64,000 nucleotides of DNA from Granulicella sp. Lineage in GTDB: Bacteria; Acidobacteriota; Terriglobia; Terriglobales; Acidobacteriaceae. The DNA lies in NCBI GenBank assembly GCA_003132145.1, contig PKWU01000045.1:1099-65098 (forward strand), given 5' to 3'. This document shows positions 18,311 to 28,779 of this stretch, one piece after another. Numbering within the stretch: the first letter of the stretch is position 1; every line of letters starts with the position of its first letter. The notes beneath the pieces are model-generated. The model was not told the origin of the DNA, ran no database searches, and was given only the letters and a program-made list of their open reading frames with translations. Both the position numbers and the translations under genes were made by a program.

Positions 18311-19567
18311 ATGCAGTTTCACAGGGTGTGGCGCAGGGGCGTGATGCGGTCGGGGATGGTGACGGGGCTGATTCTAGCCGTGCTGGTGGGAGGATTAAGC
18401 TTTGCCTACCGCGAACGGGGACGGGGGAACCTGCACAAACTGGAGGAAAAGATTGCGACCGACCGGCAGATTGTTCCGGTGGCCCTGCCGGGCGGGCAGG
18501 AGGCAATCGAGCTGACGCGGATGCGGCTGATGGGGGGCACGATGCCGGAGTTCCTGTCGGTGACGATGCTGCCGGGCCGGGGGATGAACGTGCTGCAGAT
18601 CGAGGCGTATATCCCGGGCAAGGGCGAGGTGAACCTGCTGGCATCGCCGCCGGTTGAGGGCGCGGAGAGCGCGATGACGGGGACGGGCGAGGATGCGGAC
18701 GGAAAGGCGAGCCTGACGATGGGCGGAGCTTTCGAGGTGCCGTGGGCGGGGCGGATCGAGGGAGTGGCGTCGCAGGTTGCGGGGGGACGGGTGAGCGCGG
18801 TGTGGCGCGGGCATACGATGACGCTGCCCGGCAGCGCGGAAGCGGTGGCGCATGACGGGCTGCTGCTGGCCAACGCGGCGGACTCCGCGGACACGACGGC
18901 GCTACCCGATGGAGGACAGGCGCAGGCGGTCTTCCATGCGGGGGACTTTAGGGCGCACTGGCCGTCGAAGACGGACGTTACGGTGACTGTGCTGCTGGGC
19001 AGCCAGTGGATTGAGTTGACGGTGGTGATGCGCAACACGGGCGATGCAGCCGAGCCGGTGGGCATCGGATGGCATCCCCGGTTTGCAATCTTCGACGGAA
19101 ACCGGGAACAGTTGCGGCTTCGGCTTCCGGGCGAGATGCGGGAGGAGGTGCGCGACCGAGAGAGCGGGTTGCCCACGGGCGTTCTTCTGCCTGTGAACGG
19201 AACGCCGTACGACTTTACCGGGCGCGGCGGGGCGGCGCTGGGGAAGATGGACCTGGATGACAGCTTCGTGGCGCTGCACAGGGACTTGATGGACAACTCG
19301 GCGGTGGCAGAGCTGAGCGACCCGGCGAACGACTACGGAGTGCGGCTGACGGCCCTGAGCCCTACGATCAAGGCGTTTCGGGTGATTGCGCCGGCGGACG
19401 CGGACTATGTGTCGATTGGACCGCAGTTCAACTACGACGATCCTTTCGGGCGGGAGTGGTCGAAGGACACGGACACGGGGATGGTGGTGCTGCAACCGGG
19501 GCAGTCGACGCAGTGGGAGGTGCGGCTTGAGCTGTACTCGCTGGCGGGCAACCAGAACGCGAAGTAG
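18311..19567 (+). CDS. Aldose 1-epimerase family protein with N-terminal membrane anchor
   Basis: PWAGRI, HDG, GWHPRF, DLDDSF, LQPGQS. Confidence 0.8.
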   Translation: MQFHRVWRRGVMRSGMVTGLILAVLVGGLSFAYRERGRGNLHKLEEKIATDRQIVPVALPGGQEAIELTRMRLMGGTMPEFLSVTMLPGRGMNVLQIEAYIPGKGEVNLLASPPVEGAESAMTGTGEDADGKASLTMGGAFEVPWAGRIEGVASQVAGGRVSAVWRGHTMTLPGSAEAVAHDGLLLANAADSADTTALPDGGQAQAVFHAGDFRAHWPSKTDVTVTVLLGSQWIELTVVMRNTGDAAEPVGIGWHPRFAIFDGNREQLRLRLPGEMREEVRDRESGLPTGVLLPVNGTPYDFTGRGGAALGKMDLDDSFVALHRDLMDNSAVAELSDPANDYGVRLTALSPTIKAFRVIAPADADYVSIGPQFNYDDPFGREWSKDTDTGMVVLQPGQSTQWEVRLELYSLAGNQNAK

Positions 19568-19752
19568 GGGGTGGACGCGCGGGCGATGGAGTGGGCGCGG
19601 CGGTTTGACCCTTCGCAAACAAGACCCGTAGAGTGGAAGAGGGGCGCCTGCGCTTGCGTGATAGCGGGTGCGGTGAAACTGATCGAGTGGAAGGGATTGA
19701 ATTGAATTCGACTGAGAGTGCGGGAACGAACGAGACCGAGACAAAAGAGACG

Positions 19753-21231
19753 GTGACAGACCAGACGGCGCCGGAGAAGACGGCAGCGGAGAATGCTGGG
19801 GACGGGCAGACGGAGGCCGGAGTTGTTGCGGGCCATACGCATGAGCACGAGCACGATCATGAACACGAGCATGATCATGAACACGAGCATGATCATGAAC
19901 ACGAGCACAGCCATGAGCACGGGCCATCGCTGAATCCGCTGTTAACGCGCGAGATTGCGGTGGAGGTTCCGGCGGACGAGGTCTCGAAGGCCTACCGGAC
20001 ATCGATCAAGCGGTATCAGAAGCTGGCGAGGGTTCCGGGCTTCCGCGCGGGCAAGGTGCCGGAGTCACTGGTGCGGTCGAAGTTCGCGCGGGAGCTGCGC
20101 GAGGAGGTGCTGCAGGCGCTGGTGTCGGAGCGCTTCCGGAAGGCGATTACGGAGCAGAAGCTGCGGCCGATCTCGGAGCCGCAACTGCTGGACCTGCAAC
20201 TGAATGATGGCGAGCCGCTGCGCTTCAAGGCGGCGTTCGAGGTGCTGCCGGAGTTCGACGTGGCGGGATACGAGACGGTGCGCGTGGAGCGGCCCAAGAG
20301 CGAGCTGACGGAGGAGGAGTACGAGGGCGAGCTGGATTACATCCTGGACAGCCAGGCAACGGTGGAGACGGTGGAGGAGGAGCGCGCGCTGGTGGAAGGG
20401 GACTGGGCGGAGATCCAATTCCGCGGCGAGATCAAGCCACTGGCCGAGACGGTGACCGAGGAGGGCGTGACGGCGACCACTCCGGCGGAAGCGCCGATCA
20501 CGGGCGAGGACGTGCTGATCGAGATTGGCGGCAAGAACACGCTGGCGGCGTTCAACGATGCGTTGCGCGGGTCGAAGGTTGGGCAGGAGCTGAAGTTCGA
20601 GGTGGAGTATCCCGCGGATTTCGACGAGAAGAAGCTGGCGGGGCAGACCGTGGGCTACGACGTGACGGTGAAGGCGATCAAGCGCAAGACGTATCCGGAG
20701 CGCGACGCGGAGCTGGCCAAGCAGCTCGGCAACAGCGAGAGCTGGGAGGAGTTCGAGCGGCAGTTGCGGGAGCGCGTGGGGCGGCGCAAGCGCGAGTCGA
20801 TGGAGACGGGCGCGAGGAACAAGATGATCGATGAGGTGATTGCGCGAACCAGCTTCCCGGTGCCGGAGTCGCTTGTGCAGCAGCGGGTGGACGCGCGGCT
20901 GGAGCGCGGATTGCGCGCGCTGGCACAGCAGGGGATGAAGGCGGAAGACATGCGCAAGCTGGACTTTGTGCGCCTGCGCGCGGCGCAGCGGGACGAAGCG
21001 GAGCGCGAGGTGAGGGCTTCGCTGATTGTGGACCGGATCGCCGAGGCAGAGAATGTCTCGGTGAGCGATGAGGAGCTGAACGGCGAGGTGATGGCGCTCG
21101 CGATGCAGACGCGCGAGCCGTACGAGACGCTGCGCGAGCGGCTGGCGAAGGACGGCGGGATAGAGCGGCTGCGCGAGGAGATGCGGCGGGAGAAGACGAG
21201 CCGCGTGCTCTACGAAAAGCTGGCGAGCTGA
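19753..21231 (+). CDS. tig: Trigger factor with His-rich N-terminal extension; start uncertain
   Basis: VPGFRAGKVP ribosome-binding motif, FKBP-type domain, C-terminal domain. Confidence 0.95.
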   Translation: MTDQTAPEKTAAENAGDGQTEAGVVAGHTHEHEHDHEHEHDHEHEHDHEHEHSHEHGPSLNPLLTREIAVEVPADEVSKAYRTSIKRYQKLARVPGFRAGKVPESLVRSKFARELREEVLQALVSERFRKAITEQKLRPISEPQLLDLQLNDGEPLRFKAAFEVLPEFDVAGYETVRVERPKSELTEEEYEGELDYILDSQATVETVEEERALVEGDWAEIQFRGEIKPLAETVTEEGVTATTPAEAPITGEDVLIEIGGKNTLAAFNDALRGSKVGQELKFEVEYPADFDEKKLAGQTVGYDVTVKAIKRKTYPERDAELAKQLGNSESWEEFERQLRERVGRRKRESMETGARNKMIDEVIARTSFPVPESLVQQRVDARLERGLRALAQQGMKAEDMRKLDFVRLRAAQRDEAEREVRASLIVDRIAEAENVSVSDEELNGEVMALAMQTREPYETLRERLAKDGGIERLREEMRREKTSRVLYEKLAS

Positions 21232-21257
21232 GCAATCCGGTGGCGAGGTAGTTCGGG

Positions 21258-22106
21258 ATGAAGCTGGTGACGTTTGTGGAGGGCGGCAAGGAACCGAGGC
21301 CGGGGTTGGTGGTCGAGGGCGGAGTCGTCGATCTGGGCGCGGAGGGGTTCGAGGACGCGATTGCGTTTCTTGGCGCTTCGAGGAGCGTGCAGGCGGATGT
21401 GGCGCGGGCTGCCGTTCAATCGAGAGCGAGGATTGCGCTGGATGGGGTGCGGCTGCTGGCTCCGGTGCCGAATCCGCCTCGCATCTTCGGCATTGGGGTG
21501 AACTACGCCGAGCACGCGGCCGAATCGGGGACAAAGATGCGCGATGTGCCGACGGTGTTTATTGTGCTGTCGTCGGCAGTAGTGGGGCCGGGCGCGGATG
21601 TGGTGTTGCCGCCGAACAGCTCGATGGTGGACTACGAGGCGGAGCTGGCGGTGGTGATCGGGAAGGCGGGGCACAGGATCGCGGCGAGCCAGTGGGAGGA
21701 ACACGTCTTCGGGTACACGATGATGAACGATGTGAGCGCGCGCGACGTGCAGCGGGCGACGAGTCAGTGGTCGCTGGGAAAGAGCTTCCCGACGTTTGCG
21801 CCGATGGGGCCGTGGGTGGTGAGCAGAGACGAGATTACCGATCCGCATCGGTTGGGGATTTCGTTGACGATTGGCGGGGAGCGGTTGCAGGACTCGAACA
21901 CGAGCCAGATGATCTACAAGATTCCGGCGCTGATCGAGTACCTGTCGGGGATTGTGCCGCTCGAGGTTGGGGACGTGATCAGCACGGGAACGCCCGCCGG
22001 GGTGGGGATGGGACGGACACCGCAGCGCTGGCTGAAGGCTGGGGAAGAGATGATACTTGCGATTGATGGGATTGGGGAGCTGCGGAATCCGGTGGTGGGG
22101 GAGTAG
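21258..22106 (+). CDS. Fumarylacetoacetate hydrolase family protein
   Basis: GVNYAEH, DYEAEL, NDVSARD, GKSF, GDVISTGTPAGVG. Confidence 0.93.
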   Translation: MKLVTFVEGGKEPRPGLVVEGGVVDLGAEGFEDAIAFLGASRSVQADVARAAVQSRARIALDGVRLLAPVPNPPRIFGIGVNYAEHAAESGTKMRDVPTVFIVLSSAVVGPGADVVLPPNSSMVDYEAELAVVIGKAGHRIAASQWEEHVFGYTMMNDVSARDVQRATSQWSLGKSFPTFAPMGPWVVSRDEITDPHRLGISLTIGGERLQDSNTSQMIYKIPALIEYLSGIVPLEVGDVISTGTPAGVGMGRTPQRWLKAGEEMILAIDGIGELRNPVVGE

Positions 22107-22329
22107 AGGGCTCGGCGTTGGGGTAGAACAGACAACGGCAGAAGCAGATTCCTCCGCTGCGCTGCGGAATGACAAACAAGAGAGCAGACAGCGGCAGAAG
22201 CAGATTCCTCCGCTGCGCTGCGGAATGACAAACAAGAGAACAGACAGCGGCGAAATACGGAGATTCTGGGTGCGCCAGAATGACGACTCCTGGGGTTTCG
22301 CCGGGACGACGAACTTCAGTGGATTGCGT

Positions 22330-23604
22330 TCAGGACGATGGGCGCGTGCGCGGCCAGCGGGTGGCGAGTTGGGTGACGGCGTAGGCGGCCAGGAGGGTGA
22401 GGAGCGGATCGATGTTGAGTCGGTAACGGAACTCGGCGTGGGTGATGTAGTAGGGAAGCGGGAAGAGAAGCAGGGGGAGGGCCATGAGGACGGCAAAGGC
22501 CCTCATGCGGTTGCGGTAGAGGAAGACAAGGCCGGTGAAGCCGAGGATGGTGGTGAGGAGCGCGTGAAGTTCATAGATGCGCGGGCCGCCCACGCTGCCC
22601 GTTCCCGACCAGAAGCGGAAACAGCGGCGGAGGCTGAGACGAAGGAAGACTGCGGGGTGGGTGCGTATGTATTGCAAGGCCTGGGCGGATTTATCGCGGG
22701 TGTAGGCGACCTCACCCTTGGCGACGTAGCTGGCCAATTCGGACTTGTTGTACATGGGGAAGAGCGACTCGTCGAGGAAGCCGGTTGCGCCGGGGCGATT
22801 TCCCATCCATAGCTCAAAGCCGGCGGTGCTGCGCAGGGGAATGAATGCGTGGAAGCGGCAGGCGTTGCGGATGGGCCAGACAGAAAAGAGCAGAAGAAGC
22901 GCGAGCAGGCCGACGAGCGGAGCTACGCGAGCGACGCGGCGCGTCTGCCAGGCTGCCCATGCCATGATGGCCAGGAGCGTGGGCAGAAGGGCGGGATTGA
23001 TGAGGGCGATGATTGCGGCGGACGATCCGAGGAGGAGCCAGGCGGCGATGGTGGGGCTGCGGCGGCAGCGGAGCGCGAGCAGGATGATGGCGGGAAGCGC
23101 GCAGGCGGAGAGGCTGGTCTCCCAGAAGATGGCGGGAATCCAGAGCAGGGGAAGCGAGACGGCCCAGAATGCGCCGGCGAGGATGGCTGTGCGGTCGTCG
23201 AGCGACTGGCGACAGATGCGCATCATCAGCCAGATGGTGACGAGGCTGACGAGAATCTGCAGGGCGATGATGGCGATCTCGGAGGCGAAGGAGTATGTGC
23301 CGAAGACGAAAAATACGGCGGCGATGAGGAGGGGATAGCCGGGCGCGACCAATGCCGTGGGGCCGGTGGGGACGCCGAAGGGAGAGCTGAAGCCGTGGCC
23401 GTGGAGGAGCGAGCTGGCCAGCAGGCCCATCTCGTAGGGGTGGGAGAAGAGCCAGTTGTGGGGACGGGTGAAGGCGACATTCGCCAGAACCAGGAGGCGG
23501 CCAAGCAACGCCACGCAAAGGATGACAATGAGGGAACGGAGGCGCGCGCGCGAGTCTGGAGTGGAAGATGCTGCGCGGAGGTTCAGAGGCGGGTGATCTG
23601 TCAT
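22330..23604 (-). CDS. Polytopic membrane protein, GT39-like
   Basis: APGYP motif, multiple TM helices, C-terminal RYR. Confidence 0.65.
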   Translation of the reverse strand: MTDHPPLNLRAASSTPDSRARLRSLIVILCVALLGRLLVLANVAFTRPHNWLFSHPYEMGLLASSLLHGHGFSSPFGVPTGPTALVAPGYPLLIAAVFFVFGTYSFASEIAIIALQILVSLVTIWLMMRICRQSLDDRTAILAGAFWAVSLPLLWIPAIFWETSLSACALPAIILLALRCRRSPTIAAWLLLGSSAAIIALINPALLPTLLAIMAWAAWQTRRVARVAPLVGLLALLLLFSVWPIRNACRFHAFIPLRSTAGFELWMGNRPGATGFLDESLFPMYNKSELASYVAKGEVAYTRDKSAQALQYIRTHPAVFLRLSLRRCFRFWSGTGSVGGPRIYELHALLTTILGFTGLVFLYRNRMRAFAVLMALPLLLFPLPYYITHAEFRYRLNIDPLLTLLAAYAVTQLATRWPRTRPSS

Positions 23605-23738
23605 GGCATGGAGGGGCGCTGGAGCGACAGAGCGATGGTATCAGACAGAAACTCTCCCAGGACCTAGGATGCGGGCCTGGGAGAGTCGATGGAGGTTGAC
23701 GCGACGATTTGTGAGCCGGGTTCCCGGCGATCTGGCTG

Positions 23739-25232
23739 TCAGGTGGTGCTGTTGGAGATGAGGTGGGCGACGGTGAGGTCGCCAGCGATTATGGTGAAGA
23801 TCTGGGCGATGCTGCTGGTTGGCCGCGAGGCAGAGACGCAGGCGCTGGTGCCGCCGGTCGCGGTGTAGTCGGAGAAGAAGTTCTGCGGCGCGGATGCGAT
23901 GCCCTGCATGGTCTGGCATGGGGTGATGGTTGGGCTGGTGTCCTGGCCGCAACCCGACGACTCCGCGCCATAGGCGACCGAGTAGACCCTGGTTGGAATG
24001 GCCCCATTGCCATACAAATTGGCCGTCGCCACATTCTTGCCGGCGGTGACTGCCTGGGCGCATTGCTGCTTGGTGGAAGGGTAGGTCCCGCCAGTCCCAG
24101 CCGAGCCCATTGCTCCGCTGTCCGTGGTTCCTGCATCGCCATCGCTGATGATGATCAGCACGTTCTGGGAGCCGGGAAAGGCAGCCTGTTCGGCGACGAG
24201 CGCGGACTGCGCGGCATAGATTGCGCCAGCGTAGTAGGTTCCCTCGCCGCCCGGGTCGCCCATCGCGGTGCAACCGCTCTTGCCGCCCACGGCCTTTACC
24301 AAGTTGTTGTTGGTGGAGGAGGTGTTCAAGGTCGTCGCGGTGTCGGAGGTCTTGTAATCGCTGGAGAAGCCCACGTCCTCATAGGTAGAGCTGGACAATG
24401 GGGTGTATGTGGTCGCGCCCGCGGTGGGGAAGGTGTAGGGTTCTTTTGTGGCGTTGGTGCTGCTGCAGTCGTAAGCATCCGCGACGTTAGATGTTGACAC
24501 GTTTGGGAACTGGAAGAGTGCGATCCTGTCCACCGAGCCGGCCACGTTGCCGGCGCCGAGGGTGCCGGCGGTGACCGTGCCGCAGGATGACAAGGCGCCG
24601 CTGCATGGCGAGAGGGCCTGAATGAGGACGCGGACGCCTTGCAAGGCGCAGGCCATTCTTGAGGTGCTGCATTGACTGTCGGAGTCGGTATCGGTCATGG
24701 ATGACGTGGCGTCGACGATGATGGCGACATTATATGGGGAGACCGAGGAGCCTGTACCCCTGGCGGCGGCGGTGGCGGTTGCGGTGAGAGTCGTCGACGA
24801 CTTACCGCCGAAGAGCCCGCCGAAGAGGATGGGCACGGTGATCTGCTGCTTGACCTGGATGGCGTTCGCGTTGGCAGGAGCGACACACACGATCCCCTCG
24901 TTAGTCAGGGTGGTGAGGCACTCCAGCTTGGGCCAGCCGGAGACCATGGACACGTTTTTCAAAGTGCCATTGATGTTCTCATCTCCGGACGATGAGGCGT
25001 AGCTTGCCGCGGCGGTTGCCGCAGTGGCGTTGGGCAGGGCCTGGGCCCCGGCCAGCGCGGCCGCATTGGTGGCAGACTGGAGCGCGTGTTGCTGAGAATA
25101 GGTACTGCCCACACTGAGCGCGAGCGCGACTATCCCCATGAAGACGATCACCATGAGAGCCATGACCGGGAGCATCTGCGCGCGTTGGTCCTGAATCAAG
25201 CGGACGATAAAAGAATGGTTGTTGCGTTTCAT
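23739..25232 (-). CDS. TadG-like pilus protein with VWA domain
   Basis: Pseudopilin N-terminus, LQSATNAAALAGA, MIDAS-like DATSS. Confidence 0.8.
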   Translation of the reverse strand: MKRNNHSFIVRLIQDQRAQMLPVMALMVIVFMGIVALALSVGSTYSQQHALQSATNAAALAGAQALPNATAATAAASYASSSGDENINGTLKNVSMVSGWPKLECLTTLTNEGIVCVAPANANAIQVKQQITVPILFGGLFGGKSSTTLTATATAAARGTGSSVSPYNVAIIVDATSSMTDTDSDSQCSTSRMACALQGVRVLIQALSPCSGALSSCGTVTAGTLGAGNVAGSVDRIALFQFPNVSTSNVADAYDCSSTNATKEPYTFPTAGATTYTPLSSSTYEDVGFSSDYKTSDTATTLNTSSTNNNLVKAVGGKSGCTAMGDPGGEGTYYAGAIYAAQSALVAEQAAFPGSQNVLIIISDGDAGTTDSGAMGSAGTGGTYPSTKQQCAQAVTAGKNVATANLYGNGAIPTRVYSVAYGAESSGCGQDTSPTITPCQTMQGIASAPQNFFSDYTATGGTSACVSASRPTSSIAQIFTIIAGDLTVAHLISNSTT

Positions 25233-25792
25233 TGGACAACCTCCGTCATGGATGCGGTGAGGGTACAGTTGAGAAGGGCGTTGGACCCGTAAAACTTAGC
25301 CGTGAGCTCACAGGGATATGTGAGGGTGACCGTAACGGGTTTGGTAAAAGCAGTCGCCAGAGAACCAGCCGCCCCGGTGGATTGCGAGGTGCTGGAGCAG
25401 GACGTTCCTGAATATGTGGTGCCATTGATCACCGTGGAGAAGGTCAGGCTGGCCGGCTTGAGGGTGGGCGCCGTTGCTTCCACCTGCGTGACCACCAGGG
25501 CGCAGGGGTCGTAGTTGGGAGCGGCGAGCGCCGCCCTGCTGAGGGAGAGCAGCGTGGATGCGCTGTTGGCAGCATTGTTCAACTGGTTATAGTTGATGAA
25601 GGCGATCCCTAAGGCAACGAAGCCGGTCAATAAGATAAACAGCGGCGGCAGACACAGGGCGAACTCGACGAGCGACTGGCCACCCTCGTTGCCGAAGCGA
25701 AGGCGGACGCGGATGCGCCTGCGTTTGGAGCAGGCATCCTGCGCGACTTCCGGCGACGCTGCGGAATGGTTGGATAACTGCAAACAGACCAC
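25229..25792 (-). CDS. TadE-like pseudopilin; start uncertain
   Basis: GQSLVEFAL cleavage motif plus TM helix. Confidence 0.82.
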   Translation of the reverse strand: MVCLQLSNHSAASPEVAQDACSKRRRIRVRLRFGNEGGQSLVEFALCLPPLFILLTGFVALGIAFINYNQLNNAANSASTLLSLSRAALAAPNYDPCALVVTQVEATAPTLKPASLTFSTVINGTTYSGTSCSSTSQSTGAAGSLATAFTKPVTVTLTYPCELTAKFYGSNALLNCTLTASMTEVVQ

Positions 25793-25897
25793 CTCGTTAG
25801 GGGCATCATACGAAGGGGGTATGGCCCCGATAATCCCTATTTAGTGTTATTAACCAAACGGTCAACATGGCCGTGCGGATGCAGATGCGGCCTGAGC

Positions 25898-26034
25898 GGC
25901 TGCGAAAAAAATTGGTTTTGGCATGACGAGCAAAAGGCCCGGGGCTAAAGCCCCTTGATTCTACGAGACTTATTCAGGGGGGCTGAAGCCCCCTGCTCCC
26001 TCCGAAAAGCAAAAACGGGAGTTTTTCCGCAGCC
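25898..26034. mobile_element. MITE-like element with nested palindromes
   Basis: Imperfect terminal inverted repeats ggctgcgaaaaaa / tttttccgcagcc enclosing ggggctaaagcccc and ggggggctgaagccccc. Confidence 0.55.
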
Positions 26035-26250
26035 TGCTATGCGGGAGATTTCTTTGGTGGAAGGAGTCTTCCTGGCAGGGCAAACGCCCGATATAGTGTG
26101 TGGGGCCTTGTGCGAAGCGGCGCATCCATCCCGCTGAGCGCGGGAGCGAGGAGGCGGGCTGCGTTCGGGGGCGCACTGCCGGTCCGCCGACCGACGATGC
26201 GGCGAAGAGCGGGCGATGAGCGTGGAACCCAAGGGGAGAGCGAGACGAGG

Positions 26251-27558
26251 ATGAAGAACCTGAGAGACGAGAGCGGACAGACGGTGGTGTTCGTTGCCTT
26301 CTTCATGGCGGCGCTTGCGCTGGGCTTCGTTGCGTTCGCTCTGGACGTGGGGGCGTTGTTCCGGGAGAAGAGGATGGCGCAGTCGGCGGCGCAGGCGGCC
26401 GCAGTGGCCGCGGCGGAAGAGGCCGGCTACGGCAATACCACGAATGAACAGGCTGTGGCCAATGCGATGGCCACGCTGAACGGCTTCAACACGACGCTGG
26501 CGACGAATCCCGCGACGGTGACGCTGACGAAACCGACGACGGGGAACTTTACCGGGAGCTATGTGCAGGCAACGGTCAGAATGCCGATCCATACCACCTT
26601 TCTGGGCGCGATCTCTCACGGGATGATTACGGTGCCGGTGTCCGCCACGGCGATCGCGGGCGGTGGAATATCCACACAGACGTGTGTATGCGTAACAGGC
26701 AATTTCAGCATTTCAGGCGGCTCGACGCTGAGCGCGCCGGGCTGCGGGGTCTTCGACAACTCATCCAGCTCCAGCTCGATTGAGATGAGCGGCGGCTCGA
26801 CGCTGAATGCTTCATCGCTGGGCGGCGCGGCGACAGGGTGGTACCCCTGCAACCTCGGCATCAGCGGCGGCTGCGACGATAGCGGCGACACCATCAATGT
26901 GCCAACAGCCGGCATTGTGCAGGGGGTCAGCACGTCCTGCACTCCGACGCTGCCTGCGGCACCCAGCTATTCCAGTTGCGCGACGGACCCCGGCGGCAGT
27001 TACGGCACCTTTACCTGGGGCCCAGCGACGGCCAGCAGCACGATCTGTTACAAGGCGCTGACGGTGGGGGCGAACGGCTCGACGTGCACGCTGAAGCCAG
27101 GCATCTACGTGATCACGACCGGGGCGTTGCACTTTGAAAGCGGGGCCGGCGGCTATTCCAACCAGGGAGGGAACGGGGTTTTTTTCTATCTGACGGGGAC
27201 GGCGTCGCTGGTGATCGACAACGGTGCGAATGTGAACCTGGTATCGGGCGGGGCCACGGAGAGCGGAGGAGGGACGGCGCCGGTGGTCGGAGCGTACGAC
27301 GGGGTGGTGGTGTTTCAGGACCCGAGCGACACGTCGGCGATGACGCTCTCCGGAGGATCCAGCTCCTACATGAACGGGGCAGTCATCGCGCCCAGTGCGG
27401 CGCTGACGATCAGCGGAGGAAGTGGCGTGACGGTGATGCAAGGGGGAATCTCGGCGAGTTCGCTGACCATCAGCGGAGGCGGGACGGTGAAAGCGATTCT
27501 GGACACGAATGAGGGCAGTTTGGCGGTGTACTCGTCAAAGCCCAAGTTGGTGCAGTAA
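26251..27558 (+). CDS. TadG-like pilus protein with Gly/Ser/Thr-rich beta domain
   Basis: MKNLRDESGQTVVFVA, ALDVG, AQSAAQAAAVAAA. Confidence 0.8.
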   Translation: MKNLRDESGQTVVFVAFFMAALALGFVAFALDVGALFREKRMAQSAAQAAAVAAAEEAGYGNTTNEQAVANAMATLNGFNTTLATNPATVTLTKPTTGNFTGSYVQATVRMPIHTTFLGAISHGMITVPVSATAIAGGGISTQTCVCVTGNFSISGGSTLSAPGCGVFDNSSSSSSIEMSGGSTLNASSLGGAATGWYPCNLGISGGCDDSGDTINVPTAGIVQGVSTSCTPTLPAAPSYSSCATDPGGSYGTFTWGPATASSTICYKALTVGANGSTCTLKPGIYVITTGALHFESGAGGYSNQGGNGVFFYLTGTASLVIDNGANVNLVSGGATESGGGTAPVVGAYDGVVVFQDPSDTSAMTLSGGSSSYMNGAVIAPSAALTISGGSGVTVMQGGISASSLTISGGGTVKAILDTNEGSLAVYSSKPKLVQ

Positions 27559-27561
27559 GAG

Positions 27562-28107
27562 ATGAGAGAGATGAGCCAAGCCAAAGCAGGCTGTTTGCGG
27601 GGACGGTGGAGACCGATGGCGGCGCGATGCCGCGGCCTGGGCGGCGAGAGCGGAAACGCACTGGTGGAACTGGCCCTTGTGTTTGCGCTGCTCGGGATCC
27701 CGATGCTGCTGGGGACCGTCGAGATGGGATATGTGGTTTACGATTCGATGGAGATATCCAATGCAGCGAACGCAGGCGCACTCTACGGGATGCAGAACGC
27801 AACCGACGCGGCGAGCAGCGCCGGGATCACAACGGCAGCGCAGGCCGAAGCGCCGGAGTTCGGCAGCAGCCTGACGGTGACTCCGACGACGTTTTATGTG
27901 TGCACCAGCGCGGTGGGCGGGATCGAATACAGCACCGGCAGTTATACCCAGGCGCAGGCTTCGGCGAAGTGCACCGGGACGGGTAATCACGCTCTGGAGT
28001 TCATCCAGGTGCTGACCAGCGCCGCGGCGACGCCTCCGGTGCATTGCCCTGGACTGGCCAAGACATTCACGCTGGGCGGGACGTCGGTGATGGAAGTGGA
28101 GCAGTAG
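27562..28107 (+). CDS. TadE-like pseudopilin
   Basis: GNALVELAL; AANAGALYG. Confidence 0.82.
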   Translation: MREMSQAKAGCLRGRWRPMAARCRGLGGESGNALVELALVFALLGIPMLLGTVEMGYVVYDSMEISNAANAGALYGMQNATDAASSAGITTAAQAEAPEFGSSLTVTPTTFYVCTSAVGGIEYSTGSYTQAQASAKCTGTGNHALEFIQVLTSAAATPPVHCPGLAKTFTLGGTSVMEVEQ

Positions 28108-28109
28108 CC

Positions 28110-28667
28110 ATGGTCATCAAGAATGCATTTCGGCGGCAGGCGAATGAGGCAGGGAGACGCTGTGCCGCGCGATTGCGAACCTTGTTGCGGCGCGGCCGTC
28201 AACTGCCCGCGGCGGAGGACGGAAGCAGAGACGCGGCGGGAGGCGCGGAGGGGTCGGCGTTGATTGAGACGGCAGCGAGCCTTCCAGTGCTGTTCGTGTT
28301 CCTCTTCTGCTTCATGGAACTCTGCATGGCGTTTTACTCGTACGACACAATCAGCGAATCGGCGCGGGAAGGGACGCGCTATGCGATGCTGCTGAGTTCC
28401 ACCTGCACAAACTCCAGCGGGGCCTCCTGCACGGCCACGGCAGCACAGATCAATACCTATGTGTCTGGGCTTGGCTGGCCGAACCTGGCAGGCGGAACGA
28501 TGACCGTGAGTACAACCTATAAGACACCCGCCGGCGGGGTGGGCACGAACATTGTGAGCGACTTCGTGGTGGTGCAGATCACGTATGTCTTCCCGATCAC
28601 GATGCCGTTCGTGCCGAAGAACTCCATCACCCTGAAGAGCGCATCACAGATGCCGATCATCCAATAG
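28110..28667 (+). CDS. TadE-like pseudopilin
   Basis: GSALIETA; AREGTRYA. Confidence 0.82.
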   Translation: MVIKNAFRRQANEAGRRCAARLRTLLRRGRQLPAAEDGSRDAAGGAEGSALIETAASLPVLFVFLFCFMELCMAFYSYDTISESAREGTRYAMLLSSTCTNSSGASCTATAAQINTYVSGLGWPNLAGGTMTVSTTYKTPAGGVGTNIVSDFVVVQITYVFPITMPFVPKNSITLKSASQMPIIQ

Positions 28668-28779
28668 AGCATTTCTCCTGATCCTACCCCCCGGATGAGT
28701 TCCTCGAAAGCCGTTTTTCTTGAGGAAAAACGGCACAAGATGCTCGTCTTCGGCGTACACCATCAGGAGAAATGCTCTA
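28665..28779. mobile_element. 115-bp TA-flanked MITE, copy 1
   Basis: TA-GAGCATTTCTCCTGA...TCAGGAGAAATGCTC-TA; internal ccgtttttcttgaggaaaaacgg. Confidence 0.85.
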
